This document shows positions 25,701 to 40,700 of a stretch of DNA of 64,000 bases, piece after piece. Numbering within the stretch: the stretch's first letter is position 1; each line of letters begins with the position of its first letter. Under the pieces are notes generated by a model. It made no database searches. It saw nothing but the letters and a program-made list of their open reading frames with translations, and was not told the DNA's origin. The position numbers and the translations under genes were made by a program. The stretch is from NCBI GenBank assembly GCA_965655095.1, contig OZ296648.1:139314001-139378000 (forward strand), read 5' to 3'. The DNA comes from Haplodiscus bocki (lineage: Eukaryota).

Positions 25701-28700
25701 CACAAATGTACATATAGTACGGTTTCGATTAACTGAATCAGTTTTAAACTTATATTTCGGTGACGGAGTTTGCACAAATCCAGACGCGTCTATTCGCTTT
25801 TCACCTGCCGGTTCTTTCGGATTAATCAGAACGATTGATTATTCGGCTCTCACAGAAACCCAACTTGACCATTTCGCCTTTCAAAAATAGGCACCTGGCG
25901 GGGGTCAAATATGGAAGCAAAATTAAGCAGAACTAAATTAAAGCCTCCTGGTTATACTTCTCCAAAAAATGGGCTATACCGAGGCTTAGGCGCCACACTA
26001 TAGCACTGAAACTTGATGAAGTATAAATAAAAAACCAAACTCAGCTCGAAATTTGAGTTTCATTCCCAAAAACATCAAAATTTTTTTGAACCCCAACCCA
26101 AATTAACAGTTATTCGATTTGGGCCTGCTTGTAATGCCTCTATGAAATTGAGGTGATTTGAAGAACTACGTACACAAATAAAGCACCAACATAGACAAAA
26201 AACTGGCAAATAGCAAAAACTGGCAAATAGCAAAAATTAGCTATTTTTGGAGGTTTTTTATTAAGAACCAATGAAAACATTTGTAACCTCATACAGAAAC
26301 CTAAAAGGTGACAGATTAGAGCCATTTGGTAGTGTCTATGCAAATCTCAGCTGAATTGCAGAGCTAAAATCAAGGGTAAAATTGACGAAAATCTTTTAAA
26401 TAGCCGAACTTTGCTCGATTTTGAAAAATTTTCGAAAATGTAAAAAATTGAACTGGAACAAAAACTCAGAATTTAAAAAAGTGGCGCCTGCTTGTATCGC
26501 CTATGCAAATATCAGGTGATCTAGACATAGTATAGTATATAGCACTTAACTTTGATGAAAATTCAGCCAAGAACATCTCTAGTTTCAAGTTCTTTCTCAG
26601 AAACCTATGAAACTCATCGCAAAACTTGTAATGTTGCCGTAAAAATAGACACAGAAGATAAGCTGCGTTTCGCGAAAACTTGCGAAACCAATTATCACAG
26701 AGAAAAACCGAAAAACGATATCGGATTCGAATTCCAATTTTACGACTGCCGTCACTTCATCTATATCAATTCTCTTAAGATACGCCCCAGAAAACAAAAT
26801 CCCCAGGCGGATGAATCAGTGCTGGATGAAACCCACCAGACTAGCCGTTGAGAAAAACAATTTTGAAAAACGAAAGTGAAAAAAAATAGAGTTTGAAAAA
26901 TAAGTACAGACTATTCACAAAATCATTTGGAAACTGTCTCTCCAGCTACTTCACAGAGACTGTAGACCGAAGGTAGTCGAGTCAGCGCTAGACGGCATCA
27001 AAGCGACACCTAGACAATGAGAAAAACAACAGAAGCAACAGAATCTTCGACTTTTCTTAATTTCTGGTAGGGACCATTGGTGACAGAAAAAGGCGTTCCA
27101 AGCCGCTCTTCGGAAACCAAAAGACGTCAATAATTGACACAGCGCTGGATGGACCCATCTAACCAGTAGTCATTTGAGAAAAACGATAATTTCATCGCAC
27201 AACAAAAGCAAAGAAAAATTTAATTTTTTGAGTACAAATCGACTTTTGCGCCACGGAAAAAAAATAGGCGTTTCAAAAAAACTTCAGTGGCATTCTAGGC
27301 CAGGGGGGAATCAACAGACGCTGGATCTAGCAGATCCTACTACTAATATTTGACAAAAAATCTTATGAGGATCAAGGAAAAAACGACATTTAAACTCAAA
27401 AAATACCATAAGTTCTACTGAACACAAACTCCAGGCAGAATGTAGCTGAAAAACCACAAGACAGACGTACTTTAGCCAGCAGTTATATGGAGAAAATTCG
27501 AAAAAAAGGTTCGAAAAAAACGATCATCACTTTTTCAATCACAAGTAACCATTTTCTCGCAATTCATTTAAGGTACCATCGAATCTAGACCGCACACCCA
27601 GTAAGCCGTGAGTAGTCGAGTTAGCGGTAGATGGAGGCAAGCCGACCACTAGTCAATAATAAAAACAGTTAACTAAAAACGCGACAGAAAACATCTTCAG
27701 TTCTTTGAAGACTAGTCAATGATTTTTTGCAATATTGTCAGTGAATAGATCATCCAAGAGACTCTGCGGAACCCTTGGGCCATAAACAGTTGAATAAGCG
27801 CTAGATGGACACAATCAGAGCACTAGTCAGAGAGAAAAACAAACGAACAATGCGAGGAAAAAACATCTTCATTTCTTTAAATACAAGTTAAGATTTTTCG
27901 CAACAAAACTCATCACCAGCAGTTTGGAAAATCTCGCATTGAGTTACATTAAATGAAATTAAAATGAATGGTACGCACTGCACCAGTGAGATCAATTCAA
28001 AGTGCGGCATGAACTAACTTTGTTCTGTAGCAACAATGCAGGATTAGCACAGAAATTTGCAGTTGTGTGTACGGTAGGAAAGAAGTGTCGCCTTCTATTT
28101 TCAAGATACTTGCTTCTCGCAGTGTAAAAAAAATCGTCTATAAAAGGTGACGAGATATTGAGCTTTGAAAAGAAAAAATGGATTTTAAAAATGTAACAGT
28201 GGGAAACAAAATTTGTCAATGAAAATTGTGGTATTGGTCTCTCCGCTTGCTTCATATCAGACGTACACATATATAACGGCAAGAATCTCATTCAACTACA
28301 GTTACGAAATGACGAAACCTCACGTTTTTTGAGGCAGAAATGTCCAATTTCGCTATTTCCAGTCTGAAAAAAAGGTCAACTTCGTGTACCTATATCTTTC
28401 GCCTTCGGCTTCGATTGCAAAACTGAGCCACAATTTCGTGAGGCTTTTATGAATTTAACTCAAACCAAATCTTGCAAGTAACTCCAGTAAATCATACAAG
28501 ACAAGACAGTCCAAAATAGCTGAAAACACGAAAATTCAAAACAAAATTACCTGAAGCAACCTCATCTTCTAGAGTGAAACCCGCAGCCTGAAGAAGTTCA
28601 TCACAGCCCAACATTGGTTGAATTTTCTCCTGAAACAATCAACAGTAGTCTATCCCGTATTCTTTGATGAGATATTACATGCCTTCACATCCACTATCCA

Positions 28701-31700
28701 CTTGAGTACAAAATCGATTTTCAATCTTGGTCATGAAATAAACTAGCCACTATGATATTGGTGCATTTTTAAACAAAAGCACTGATAAAGAACCTACGAA
28801 AAATGGAGCAAGATAGATATTACTTCGATTGATTGTCCCCGAACGTCGAAAGTTCCGATGGAAAAATTTGTTGAATATTTATTTATAATAGATTTAAGAT
28901 TATAAGAATTGATAAAATTAATTCCAAATCTTTCATTTAGTTACAGTTTCAGTTAGCGCAGAATTAATGAGATTTCAAGTAAAGCTACAAATTAGTTTCA
29001 AAAGGGTTTATATTTGTGAATAATGGTAGCAGTTACATAGTGTAACGAATACTTAGTTTTTAAAATAGATAAAAAATGAGATATTACCCGATAAGTTTTC
29101 GTGGAGCAGCGAAGTTTCTGGTATTTCTCTACACCGGGATAACTGATGATATTGTTGAAGATTCTAAACACCAGATATTTAGGATTTAACTTGAATATCA
29201 GTGTTTCAAGTAATTTTCTGCATCAAAGGACCAACCTCAGAAAAATTTCCTTGCCCTGGGAAAGCTTTTCTGGATTGCGATTGCACGATATGAACATAGT
29301 AACACTAACTACCGAAGGATTGTCGGCGAGTTGCTGAAACACGAAAATAGTATCAACCGTCAATATCACAAGAACGGCATAAACACGTATTTGAAGGTCA
29401 AAATTGGTTAAAGTTAGCTTTTGAAATCACTTGAAGCATCTAGTTGAGGCTTTTCAACAATTCGTTTATTAACACAAATTGGCTCACCAAAAATCTCTCG
29501 GGGATGCGATCAGTCGATTTAGACCAGTATATTGATCGCTCACACCACTTATGAAAGCATCGCTTTTCCCGATTATCGCATATAAAGAAAACAGGCAACT
29601 TGCGGGGCTCGAACATCGAAGCAAAAAAAGAAAAACCACATTTCCAGGCTACCAAAGGAAAAACTAGCACTCCATGGCTCGAGGTTCCAAAAGAGATCTT
29701 GGGACAAGATTAAAGCTTGAAACAACTGTTCACGTGGAAAGTAGTCACAGTAGGATGGGCGTTTTCAAGTTACCTGATTTGAGGCTAACAGACTGGTTTT
29801 TCAAAGAACGCGAAAAGTCAGAAAATATGACAAACCTGGTTATTCAGGATCCTCGAATAACTTGTCTATAAAACGTGAGAAAATCCGAGAAAGTTGACAA
29901 AAATATTCATCAGTATCGGTTTCTAATGATTCTGCAGCAAAAAAGCTCATTTGACATAAAAGCAGAAATTGCCGAAAAAAAAACAAAAAACACCAACTTT
30001 TGGCATCTTTAACCCACTCAAAACAACTCGTTTTTGGGAAACTCAAGAGAAATCTACTACATTAAACAAAAGGGGGTCTTTATCGATTTCATATGGCCTA
30101 GTAGCAAGAAACTTGATCTCAGCAGATGTCAAATGTGCAAAAAAGCCGGAATGGAACAATCGAAAAATCAGAAAAAAATTGAATTACTTTAAGGCACAAA
30201 GAAATACCGATTATCAATTAGGCTTTCAAAAATCCGACAAATTCTCACACTTTATCCACTTCTCTCAAACTATCCGTTTGTACACAGAGGTAAACCTGCG
30301 CTTCGCAACAAATGAGCCACTGGAAAACTAATGAAAAAAAAAGAAAAAACATAACTATTTTAAACGGGCCACGGTACTACAACAACTGCCAATTAAACAA
30401 GCATTTTAATTAATTCAGTTAATTCTAATAAACTTAATACTCTTGAGAAATGAAGAATAATCGAGACCTTTCCTCAGAATCTTCATTTCACTGAATCACA
30501 TATTTGATAGATCCGCGGAGCTCAAAAAGCGTGTCTCAGATATTCCTTCCGATAGTTCCCAGAACTAAAGAACGTACAATAGTAAGATCTTGGGGGTACT
30601 AAAATCTGTGACAACCGCTTTTCCGCGTCTTCAAGTTTTTGAGCAAGAGATAGATTCATCACTCATGAAACCCCAGCAAAAAATGAAAAATCATGCAAAG
30701 ACCAGATTTTTAGCATGATTTCGCGCTCAAAACCTTACATTGATGGTCAAGACCGAAACTTTTCGTGCAAAATCTCAGTTTACGATTTAAAAAATTCAGC
30801 TCCTCCTATAATGAAAAAACCCTGCCAACAAACCGAAAGTTGGTTGCACAAAACCATTATTTTCTTCAAAAAAAAAACATCTGAAAAGTTGAACAACTCT
30901 TCCATGTTCCCAGGTTTCTCCTGGCATGTGGATCATCAACTTTCAACTGGAGGAGGACGTTTCAGTCATCAATGTTTTCTTTGCGCTCAAGCCTTGAAAA
31001 CGCCAACAAATGATAATAATATATACGCATCTCAGTTTAAAAAGTGATAAACTGCCTAATTTACTAGCTTGACTTTTTGCATCAAAGGCTCAATCGACAG
31101 CTCTCTAATATTCAATAGAGCAATCATGGATCTTGATCCTTGCATCAGAATTACGATAGTTCAAAAAGTCAAAAAATGATATTTTTATTATGTCCCGTTA
31201 TTCGAATTCATATTTCTCTATATCTATTACCTTGACTTCTTCCATCAAGGTATTAGGAGACAGCTCTCTATCTGTAGAAGGGTCTCAGAATTGATATTCC
31301 TTGAGTTTTGCTCAGGCAACAGAATTTACATGATACACTGAAAAGTGCAATTGTCATCATGATTTGGTCGACCTTCTGACTCAAAATTTTCTGAAGCTCT
31401 CGACTGGAATTCTTCCAGCGAGGTCTCAATCGAAAACTTTATGTGGTCAAAGATGTTGCAGAAATCATTGGTAAGTTCGGTCAATCACTTCTGCACCCCT
31501 CGGACAAAAAACATCGCAGTGCGACTGTGCTACTTGTTAACCATGTATCCAAGAATAATTAGGTGATGCAGTTGAAATTAGCAGATATGGCGTAGAGTCG
31601 ACGTTCGAAAGCAGATCTGACGTAGCTAGACTTTACATTACAATTCGACGTTCTAACACTGGCTCAGAGAGGTCTGAAAAAATGTAAAACAATGTCTCTA

Positions 31701-34700
31701 TAATATCGAATAACTCCGGCTTCGATATTAAGAAGTAGAAAAAAATTATTCACCCTGATTTTATTGCTCAGCTGGTGGTGCCGATTTGCGAAAATGAGCG
31801 AAAACCTACATCATTTGCAGAAAAAGTAAATGCTATAGTGCTATAGGCCTTAAGCAAAGCTTAATGCCCAAAAACGGACCTCCTGTCCCAAACTTTTCCA
31901 ATACACACCTTCAGTTGAAAATAGTATGGATGGACATATCATACCGAACGAAGTAATACAAATCTTTCGGCACTGTGATACAAAAATCCAACGAAATAAA
32001 TTTTTGGAAACTATGTTTCAAAAGCAAACGTTGCCCATAGATATTTTTCGGTTCTTACTTGGGACGTTTTCGGATTTTACTTTGATTGGATCTTGCCATT
32101 TCTAAAATTTGTCAATACGTTACAATGCATTGCGCCCGAAAGATCCCTTCACGTGTTCAACGAAATGCGCTAAAAAATTCTATTGATTGATTTTTCCAAC
32201 ACATTGCTATTTTATTCTTCATCACATGTATCACAAGACGGCCGGCTACCAACGGCAATTTTTGCATCTCCAATTCTGTTAAATATGCCTTCCAAAGGAA
32301 TGAAAGCGTTTCTTAAAAAATAGTCCGTACATTTTCTGCTTCTCAACTTGAAAATTCCTCATTTTGTTTGCAAAACAACCTCACAATTAAGGTGGAAAAG
32401 ACATTTTGAGAAATCATATCATTTGATGCGCATTCAACAGCAAAGTTCCCACCTTTACAGATTTTGAAAAAAATTCAAGTAATTTCTCCCTTTTTCTTAA
32501 AGAAAACCCAAATTTTCTACATACTTGAAAAATGTTTCTTTCAGTCGCATTCTACGGAAAATTTGCAATTATTTGTTGATAAAAAAATTTGTAAATTCAA
32601 AAACGTCGGCCAAATAACATTTTCAATTGGCAAAAAACGTGAAAAAAACCGTTCGCTTTGCCTGGTTGATTTTTCCTTCCATATTAAAAATATGGCGGAA
32701 AATGAAAACATTTGCAGGGAAATTATCACAGAGCTTTAATTTTTGTCAACTCAAAACCCGACTCACTCAAATCTAATCTAGAGTAGCTACCAACACTGTT
32801 ACCGCTTATTTACAGCCAAAATCAACGTAGACGCCCATCAGAGGCGTAACCTAGAAAGTCAAACGGCAACTAGTTGAAAACTACTTGATTTCAACATAGA
32901 CAAATTCTGAGTTGGGAACGCCAGTAAAAGCAAATCAAAATTTTATCCAATTATGAACCCATGGTTTCTTTCGAACCTCACTCCACATTTGTCCAATTAT
33001 CCAGATGTGTTTAAGAACGTAATTAGCGGCTATTTGTTCCCTTTGAACTGATTTTCAAACACATTTTGAGTTTTATTAGCAACACTCAGCTCAAGAGGAC
33101 AATTTTGGCGCCAACCGTCCAAAATTTACAAAGTAATAAAGTCATTGACTGGATCGAGAACAATTAAAACATTTACTCTGAGCGCAAAACTAATGCCGAA
33201 CATTAGCAAATTTAGAATTTAGGGTTTGCAAAGGTACGAAGTTACCACAGACAGAAACTGGAAAATGCATTAAACAATATACAAAACACAAGACAAAAAT
33301 ATCCAGCAAAGCGAACGATAACACACAACGCACCACGGGTACACATGCCATCTAAATCTTCCTCAAACTTGTTTGATTCTCCGATTTCCGACATGATGCC
33401 CGGACGTAGCATCGACTGGTCACGGAAGTCACTTTTTAGGGTTCAAGAGAAAGCGAACGCCTAAATCTCACATCCTTTCTGATTTAGCGGTATATTTTTT
33501 CACAGCTATCGCGGCAGCACACAGTGGAAGTTTGTCGAAAAACATCTCCGACATTGCTTTTTTCCGGCAGGGAAAGATTAATTTTCAGGTAGGTGACATG
33601 GGAATTCAAAGGTATTCAAATATTCAATGTTTTTCCTAATTGCATCTATTGAAACAAAACATGATGACGAGTTCTTAGAGTTATCGCATGGATGTTTTTC
33701 GCTTCATATGACTGGTCTGAAAGTTCGGAAAAAGGTTTTCATTGGCGGAAAAACTTTTTTCTAGGCATAAAAATATCAAAGATGGCGCTTTCAAAAAGGC
33801 TTCAATCTACGAGCCTAATTCAACTTGCTGTATTTTCTTAGTGGCTACGCAGCAACGATCACCTCAGTTTCTTCCCGAAAAGCCCCATATTTTTCCTCCG
33901 GAGGAAAAAACTTTTAGGAAAAAAAACTGGGTTAATCCGCATTTGAAGATCAAACAAACCTTTGAAACTCAAACGCTCATTCATGCTGTCCTACTGCGTC
34001 AATAAGTTCACCTGTGGTTACCGAATCCGCTATTGCACACGTATTAAATAGAAAACAAATTGTTCTATGCACTAAAATTTTTCCAAACGGGAAAGTTCTA
34101 GCAATATTCTTATAATTGGTTGTTTCTGACTTATGATATTTTCACAAATTGCTCTTCCTTTAAAAACTTCTTATTGCATAAAAACGACAATTCATAGTGA
34201 AATTTTCCAAATTGTGTATTGTGCTGGCTTCAAAAGAAATTTCACAGGTTTGACAGAGGCAGTGTCAGTCGTTTTTGACAGAAACTTTTGACGACGGAAG
34301 TTTGACAAATTATTTGATACATTTCCCACTCCAACTCACTAGCGCAAAAAAATTGCCCTCTGTAAAAGGTTGTATGCTGTCCTTGAGCTCCTTGTGAGGC
34401 CTTTTGAAAAGTCTAAATTCAGCGTCTTTCTTACGACGGCCCGGACGTTTCAAAATTAAAATTTAATAACAATTTCGAAAGTTTGTGAACTTGATCGGTT
34501 CCTGTTCGAGCCCATAACCAGAATGAACATTCTGCAATGGAGCATACAGATTGAAATGTTTTGGTTCCTTGAAAAACAAAAAAAAATGTAACCGTGAAAA
34601 CTTCGACAACGCACATCTCGAAGGGAAAGTTTCTGAAAAAATCGTGAGGGTCACTAGGAACAATGATTTATCCCGCCAAACCTTTTCATTTGCATATTAC

Positions 34701-37700
34701 GCTCTGCAAAAGCAAGGAAGTTTATGGAAACGTTATATTCTGTGGATTGAAAATTACGAATGATGAATTTCATGATTTTGTAAAATACAAACTGCTCTAG
34801 CATCCAAAATTTGTTCTATTTCATCTGGAAGCGTTTCATTTTTTTAAAAAAAAACAGATTTAATTGTGTGTTCTTTATATCCATGAGAAAGAGCGGAAGC
34901 TTGGATAGGTGCCTGAAGCGGACTCGCGCTCCTGGTTTTTATTTGTTTTCGCTTTTCTCATCAGTCGGTCTTTTCTACAATGACAAGCTTGAGGATTTCT
35001 GGAATTTTACAGTGACACAATGGATAACCGCATGTGCAGTATAAAGTTCGAAGTTTGTGTGTCGTTTAAACATCACGTATTGGGAGAAATCTGATTGTTT
35101 TCCAAAGTACGCTTCCATATGTTTTAGGATCTTCCAGTGAAGTTTCAAAAAACGAACAGCTTTTCAAAGGAATCAGCACACTTCCTTTGGGTAAGTTTTG
35201 AGCGCTGCAGTTGCATTGCAAAGTTGATGTATATTATTTGCATCTTGTGACTTTTAAAACATAGTTCAGATTGTTATTTGTTGAAGATATGCTATAATGG
35301 CCTCACAACGTTCACATAAAGTTCAATAATATGTGTAAACTTCTCAGCCGAGAAAAACTCCAAGATCAAAGTCGTGAAAACCAGTTGACTAGATTCACAT
35401 TGAAAACTTGGCCTTTCGTACTAACTTTCTGATCAGTCCACAGCAAATCTTTAGTATCAATAGGCCGTGCAACTCTTCACAAAATTGAATTGGTTAATGC
35501 TATTGTATTGTCTATTTTTCAGTACACCTTTGGCAATCTGGCCACTGTTACTCTCATTCCATTTTGGCGTTATAACTTGTACCTGCAGTGAAAGTTTGTC
35601 ATCAAAGCTGAAATGAATAAGCATATTCTACTTTTTGCTGGCACGACGTTCTGTGAAAAGTTTAATTGTTACATTATGAACCAACACTTTTGAACCAGTA
35701 GAATTTCCAATCCATTGTGCTTTGTAATTCGGTTAAAATGGAAAAAAAATCTATTATTTTCGAGTGTTCGGAATTTTTGTCAGTATGTTGTCCCAATCTA
35801 GAGCACCTGGCTGTTAGCAAGCCAGCGTCGCCGCTAAAGACCGACTTGTCCATTATTGTTTCCGTTCATAACGTTACTGATGTTTTCAAAACGCCAAACA
35901 ATAACATTATTTCTCAGTGTGATAATCAAATCGGCTCATTGAACACGTGACTGTAAACAACAGGAAAGATGCTCAACAGCGAACTTCCTTCCAATTCTAC
36001 CGGAACGAACATTCCGTTCAACTATCGTCGACGCCTATAAAACTAACATATACTTTGTTGGACGAGATCGATGAGGAGAGAAAAACGTTTCTTTTAGATT
36101 TGGAATAACAAAATGACCCTGTTGTTCGTTTGATTGTGAAGAGTACAGAAGGGAAGACAGCTTTGTTTGCGCTTGTCATTGTAGAATATGCTGAACTGGT
36201 TCGCTTCTTCTCAAGATATCTATACTCATGCTTCTCTGAAAAATAATTGCATTCGTTTATACAGGTTGACTTCAACTTCACGGAATTTGACAACTTGAAA
36301 ACAACTGTAAAGTTCAAAGGTCAGGTACAATAAACAAAACGTGCCTCTGTTAGTATCATCCTGGAAGCAGTGATTTGAGGTGGTGATACTCTACTCGCTT
36401 TTTTCTGGTGAACAATCCAAACACCTAAAAGAGGATAATAAGTTAAAGTGTCAGCTTATGTTAGTTAAAGAATACCGGGGTAACGGAAACTGCCTTGTTG
36501 AGGCTGTGTTGGCCAGTTTGAGAAATGATCCAGTCAACAAAAATTTTCGTACGACCCGCATTTTTACCAACATCAATGTTTGACTATTTTTAAAAAAAAC
36601 CACATCCTGTACTTCTCCAGTCTTCACCAGTGGAATTCTCTAATGCAACCAAAATCATTTGATGTGCCACTAATTGGTGATTCATTACTACCGTTGGTTG
36701 CGCATTGCATTCGAAAAGACATCCAGGTGACCAAACGTTCACTCTCTGTTAGGTGTTCTATTGAAAATGTCTCTGCATTCGGAAAGTGTCAATGCTTGTT
36801 ATCCAGTTTTTCATTAGTACAACGAGAATCATTACAAGAGCCTTTAGTCAGCACTAGTTCTCTTGTGCTGTCACAAAGTTTCCGGAATGAATAAAACTTG
36901 CCTGGCTTGTCGACCCAAAAGCGCTACCGACGCGCCCTTGCATGGAGTGCCGCTGCAATCAGTCTTTGGATCTCAACTGTTTTAATGCGGTGTGTGTGCT
37001 CCTAACGTGATCAAAAAGGAAAAGCTATCATTCTCTACAGAATGATGCTATGCAAAGAAACAAAATAAAATCAGTAGCGTAAGCATGTCGGTCATCCGCA
37101 AGTCAGCTCAATCATTAGATTTCTCCAAGTGCAAACTGATGTCTTCAGACCAAGTCAGCAACACACATTTCAACATTCGTCACGCTGTAGTTCGATTGAA
37201 AGGAAAAGAGAATGTGCGATCTCATATTGCTTCCGAACGCTCATGTCTCAGTCCCGCTGAACAGAAATCTGAACAGCGGTTAAGGTTACAGCTGGAGAAG
37301 GCCCGAACTATCATGTGACGTCATCTTCAATATTATCAGTGGAACGGAAAACGACACAAGTATGGTGTTTTCCTGATGTTTCATAGTACATAAAGTGCCA
37401 GGACTTCTGAATCAGGTAACGATTCTTTCGAAAATTAATTCTTGCCAAGAGGATCCTGTTTACCGGAGAAAGTCAAAGAAATATCAAGAACGACATCAAC
37501 ATCCAAAACTCTTGAAAAAGGTACAGAAAGAGACACCAAAAGAAAACTTTTGGACGACACTCTTAAAGCCGACATTTTAGTCCCAACACAAAGAAGACTT
37601 GATCTCTCTCTTGATCATCTGAAAAAAGAACAAAATCTCCTGAAAGTAAGAGGGACGTGTGGACACTGTGGAACCTTGAAAGGTTCCTGGCTTCTGACAC

Positions 37701-40700
37701 GAAACAACAAAGTTAGAATAGATATCAAAGGAGCCTCTTGGATCCGAAGAAAAAAGAACAAGGTTTGGTGAAAGTGAAAAAAAGCTGTTGATTCTAGAGA
37801 ACAGTTAACAACAATTGATGTGCGCTAGAAACAAGCAACTGAATCCTGACGACAAGGAGCACAATGAGAAGAATGTAAAGCAGAGGCTTTCTTTTTCCAT
37901 CTGTTATGCAAAGAATGAAGAGAGGCCGGATGAGGCCGCTGGAGTTCTCAAGAAATGTAGAAAACTTTCAAGGACACGTCGCTGTCCTGACACTTCTGCC
38001 AAACGACTCATCAACTTGACAGGAGCGAGAAAAACATGTTTCTGATTGGACAGTAGAGAGTCACACCGGTCAAGCAAATGACTTTTAATCAAAAACCACT
38101 GGCTCAATGGGAACGTTGGATTGACGGTCAATGCCTTCAGTTCGTATGCTTATGTTGCCTTGAAACAAAGTACCACAATCAGGTGATTGTCGTTCCTAAT
38201 GAAATTCGTCAGGCGCTCGTCTATTCTGAAAGTTTGAAGACCTTGCAGTCTTCTATCAGTACGAAGGACACAAAGGATTTACCGGGAAGGCTTTGGGTAT
38301 TTACAGAAGAATCAACCACGACCGGATAGCCTTAACATTTGTATCATTTATCTTACAAATGATACGGTTAAATAGGATTCAGAGTTCGGCGAAGAAAAAA
38401 TATTCACATTGAAGATGTGTAATGTGAAGCCAGGGTACACCGTGTACCCTGGCTGAAACGAGTGGCAGAGAGATAGTCAGCATGTGAGGTGTATTCAACG
38501 TTTTAACTGATAATCCGCAATCAGTCCACGAAATTCCTCGGGCACTCATCGGAAGGGACTTCTGGGTGCCAAAGTCATAAGCCGAATGACATTCATCCAC
38601 ATTTCAAACGGTTTGTTTGTCTGCTTGTTGTCAAATATGTGGCCAAGAAGATGCTCATATTGCCTTAGTGGCGATGCCGATGCCTTATTCTTTGACTCAA
38701 GGCATATTGGATTTCAGATAAGTTGCAGCTCTACCATTATTTTTCGATAGACGATCAGCCTACTGAAGATGAAAGCGAGGATGGGAAAAGCACCAATCAA
38801 GGGGACACAAGCGTTGAAAATTTTACCTTGTATTGAAGATAACGTATATTTCAAAGTCCTTCAAATTTTTAAACAAAATTGCCCCGGGCGAGTGAACCAG
38901 CCTACTTACAACTTACAAGCTCCGATTGCCGAAAAAGCTAGCTTCCACTCCGTGTTTGGTGGTCGAAACGGACACACTCAGCGAAGAGTGAAGTAACTTA
39001 CGCCAGCGTAGCCAAAACAGAGTGCTGAAGTAAGCCCAAACGTTTTCAAACATCGACATGAATTTTGTTCAAATATACGAAACTGCAGACTAAGCAAGCT
39101 TTCTGTAATTTGTCCATCGCTATGAGAAAGAAGAAAGCGCGGGTAAAGAGTGTTCCTATTTCCAACATCAAGTATGAGAATGCTATCGAAAGACTGGTCA
39201 AAATCAAGAAGTGTTACATGTTTCTTAAACAGATTTTCACCGCAATAGCACGCAGCAACCAAAAAAGACATGGTTTCCGAAACTAACCGAAAAAAAAGCA
39301 ACCTGTTTATCAACTCTCAGATCAGCAGAAGCTCATTGGAATGATCGTCTGAAAAATTTACACCAAATAGACAAAAGAATTAATTGACAACTTCGGATAT
39401 CTATTTGGAGAATCTTGTTCGATCAAAACTCTCCCAGAAACAGTGTCTCGTCAATTTTGTCACCGACATCGAGTTTTGACCAAGGCTTCGAAATGCAACG
39501 ATTGAGCTCTAGGTTAAATGAAAGACTACTCTGGAGTCATAGACCTGCAGTTTAGAGGATCACATCATGGTCGTTTCTTGGGACGCGTCATAAATGTTAC
39601 CGTTCTCGATCTCCGAAGCGATTCCGGAGTGTGGGACTCTCGATTCCCATGTTTCATGTAGCCGTATTATCATAGCTTAAGCTCTCAATCTGAATGAACA
39701 AGATACGAAAATAACACAAACGCGTCAATGTCATCGGCATAGAGAAACCAGCTTCAAGGCTAATCGGCCACGATCTACATTCGGCAATTACTTGCCGTCT
39801 ATGTTCAGAAAGCAGGTTTTCAGATCTATTGTACAAGACTACTTAGCTGATTTATCGGGAAGCAAAATTTAAAGAGCTCAAACTGTTCATGGACATGAAG
39901 CTACCAAGAACCGACAACTGTGATTGAACTTGCATTAATCTTTATAAAAAAATTCCGGCAGATCTGTTTGAAAGCAGAATTGACGAAGGAAAAAGTACAA
40001 ATTGCGTCCTCGGGTTTGGACCAGCTCCAGGTTTTCCCGAAACGTAAATCCTCCGAAGTTAGAATCAAGTGAATAACCCCTTGTTACTAAGGGAATACTA
40101 AAGCATAAAGACCGAAGGAAATTGTCGATTTTAGGGTTTCGTTGCTGCACTTAGCTTTTCACGTGGGTTGTCGCACCTTGTACAGAGCTGAGCAAAAACT
40201 ACAAGCCATGAAACAACCAGATGAGATGTCGGTAGAGTTAAGGTTTATTGGAGAACTATTAAAACTGGAACGAGTGTTAACGCGGTCCAATGTTTGCAGA
40301 CATAACTACGAACAGATTGAACCACGGAGCTTCCAATATAAATCTGTTGAAGAAATTCGAACAATTGCCTTTATGAAGATGATGAGGCAAACTGAATGAG
40401 GATGGAGTGAGCTTCCACAACGGGAACGTAGTGGTTCACAAACCCGTGACATTCGCCTGAAAATCGACTGCTTCATAACTCGGGACCGAGTAACAAAAAC
40501 AGCATATAAACGTAAGAAAGAACGCAAAACATCTTGAGTCGAGCGGTGTTATGACTGCCTCTTTAACTGATGCACACCTCCTCGATAGTCAAATATGTAC
40601 AGATGACATACGCAACGCCAGGCCAACGAAAGCGAAAGAGCTTGTTGGCCAGGAACTTATCACTGACAGCGCTAACTTGTGCTTCTCTCATCGTGTAGCC

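Noticed and set aside
31100-31680. Possible minus-strand RT remnant
   Set aside because: Too decayed to support a family assignment.
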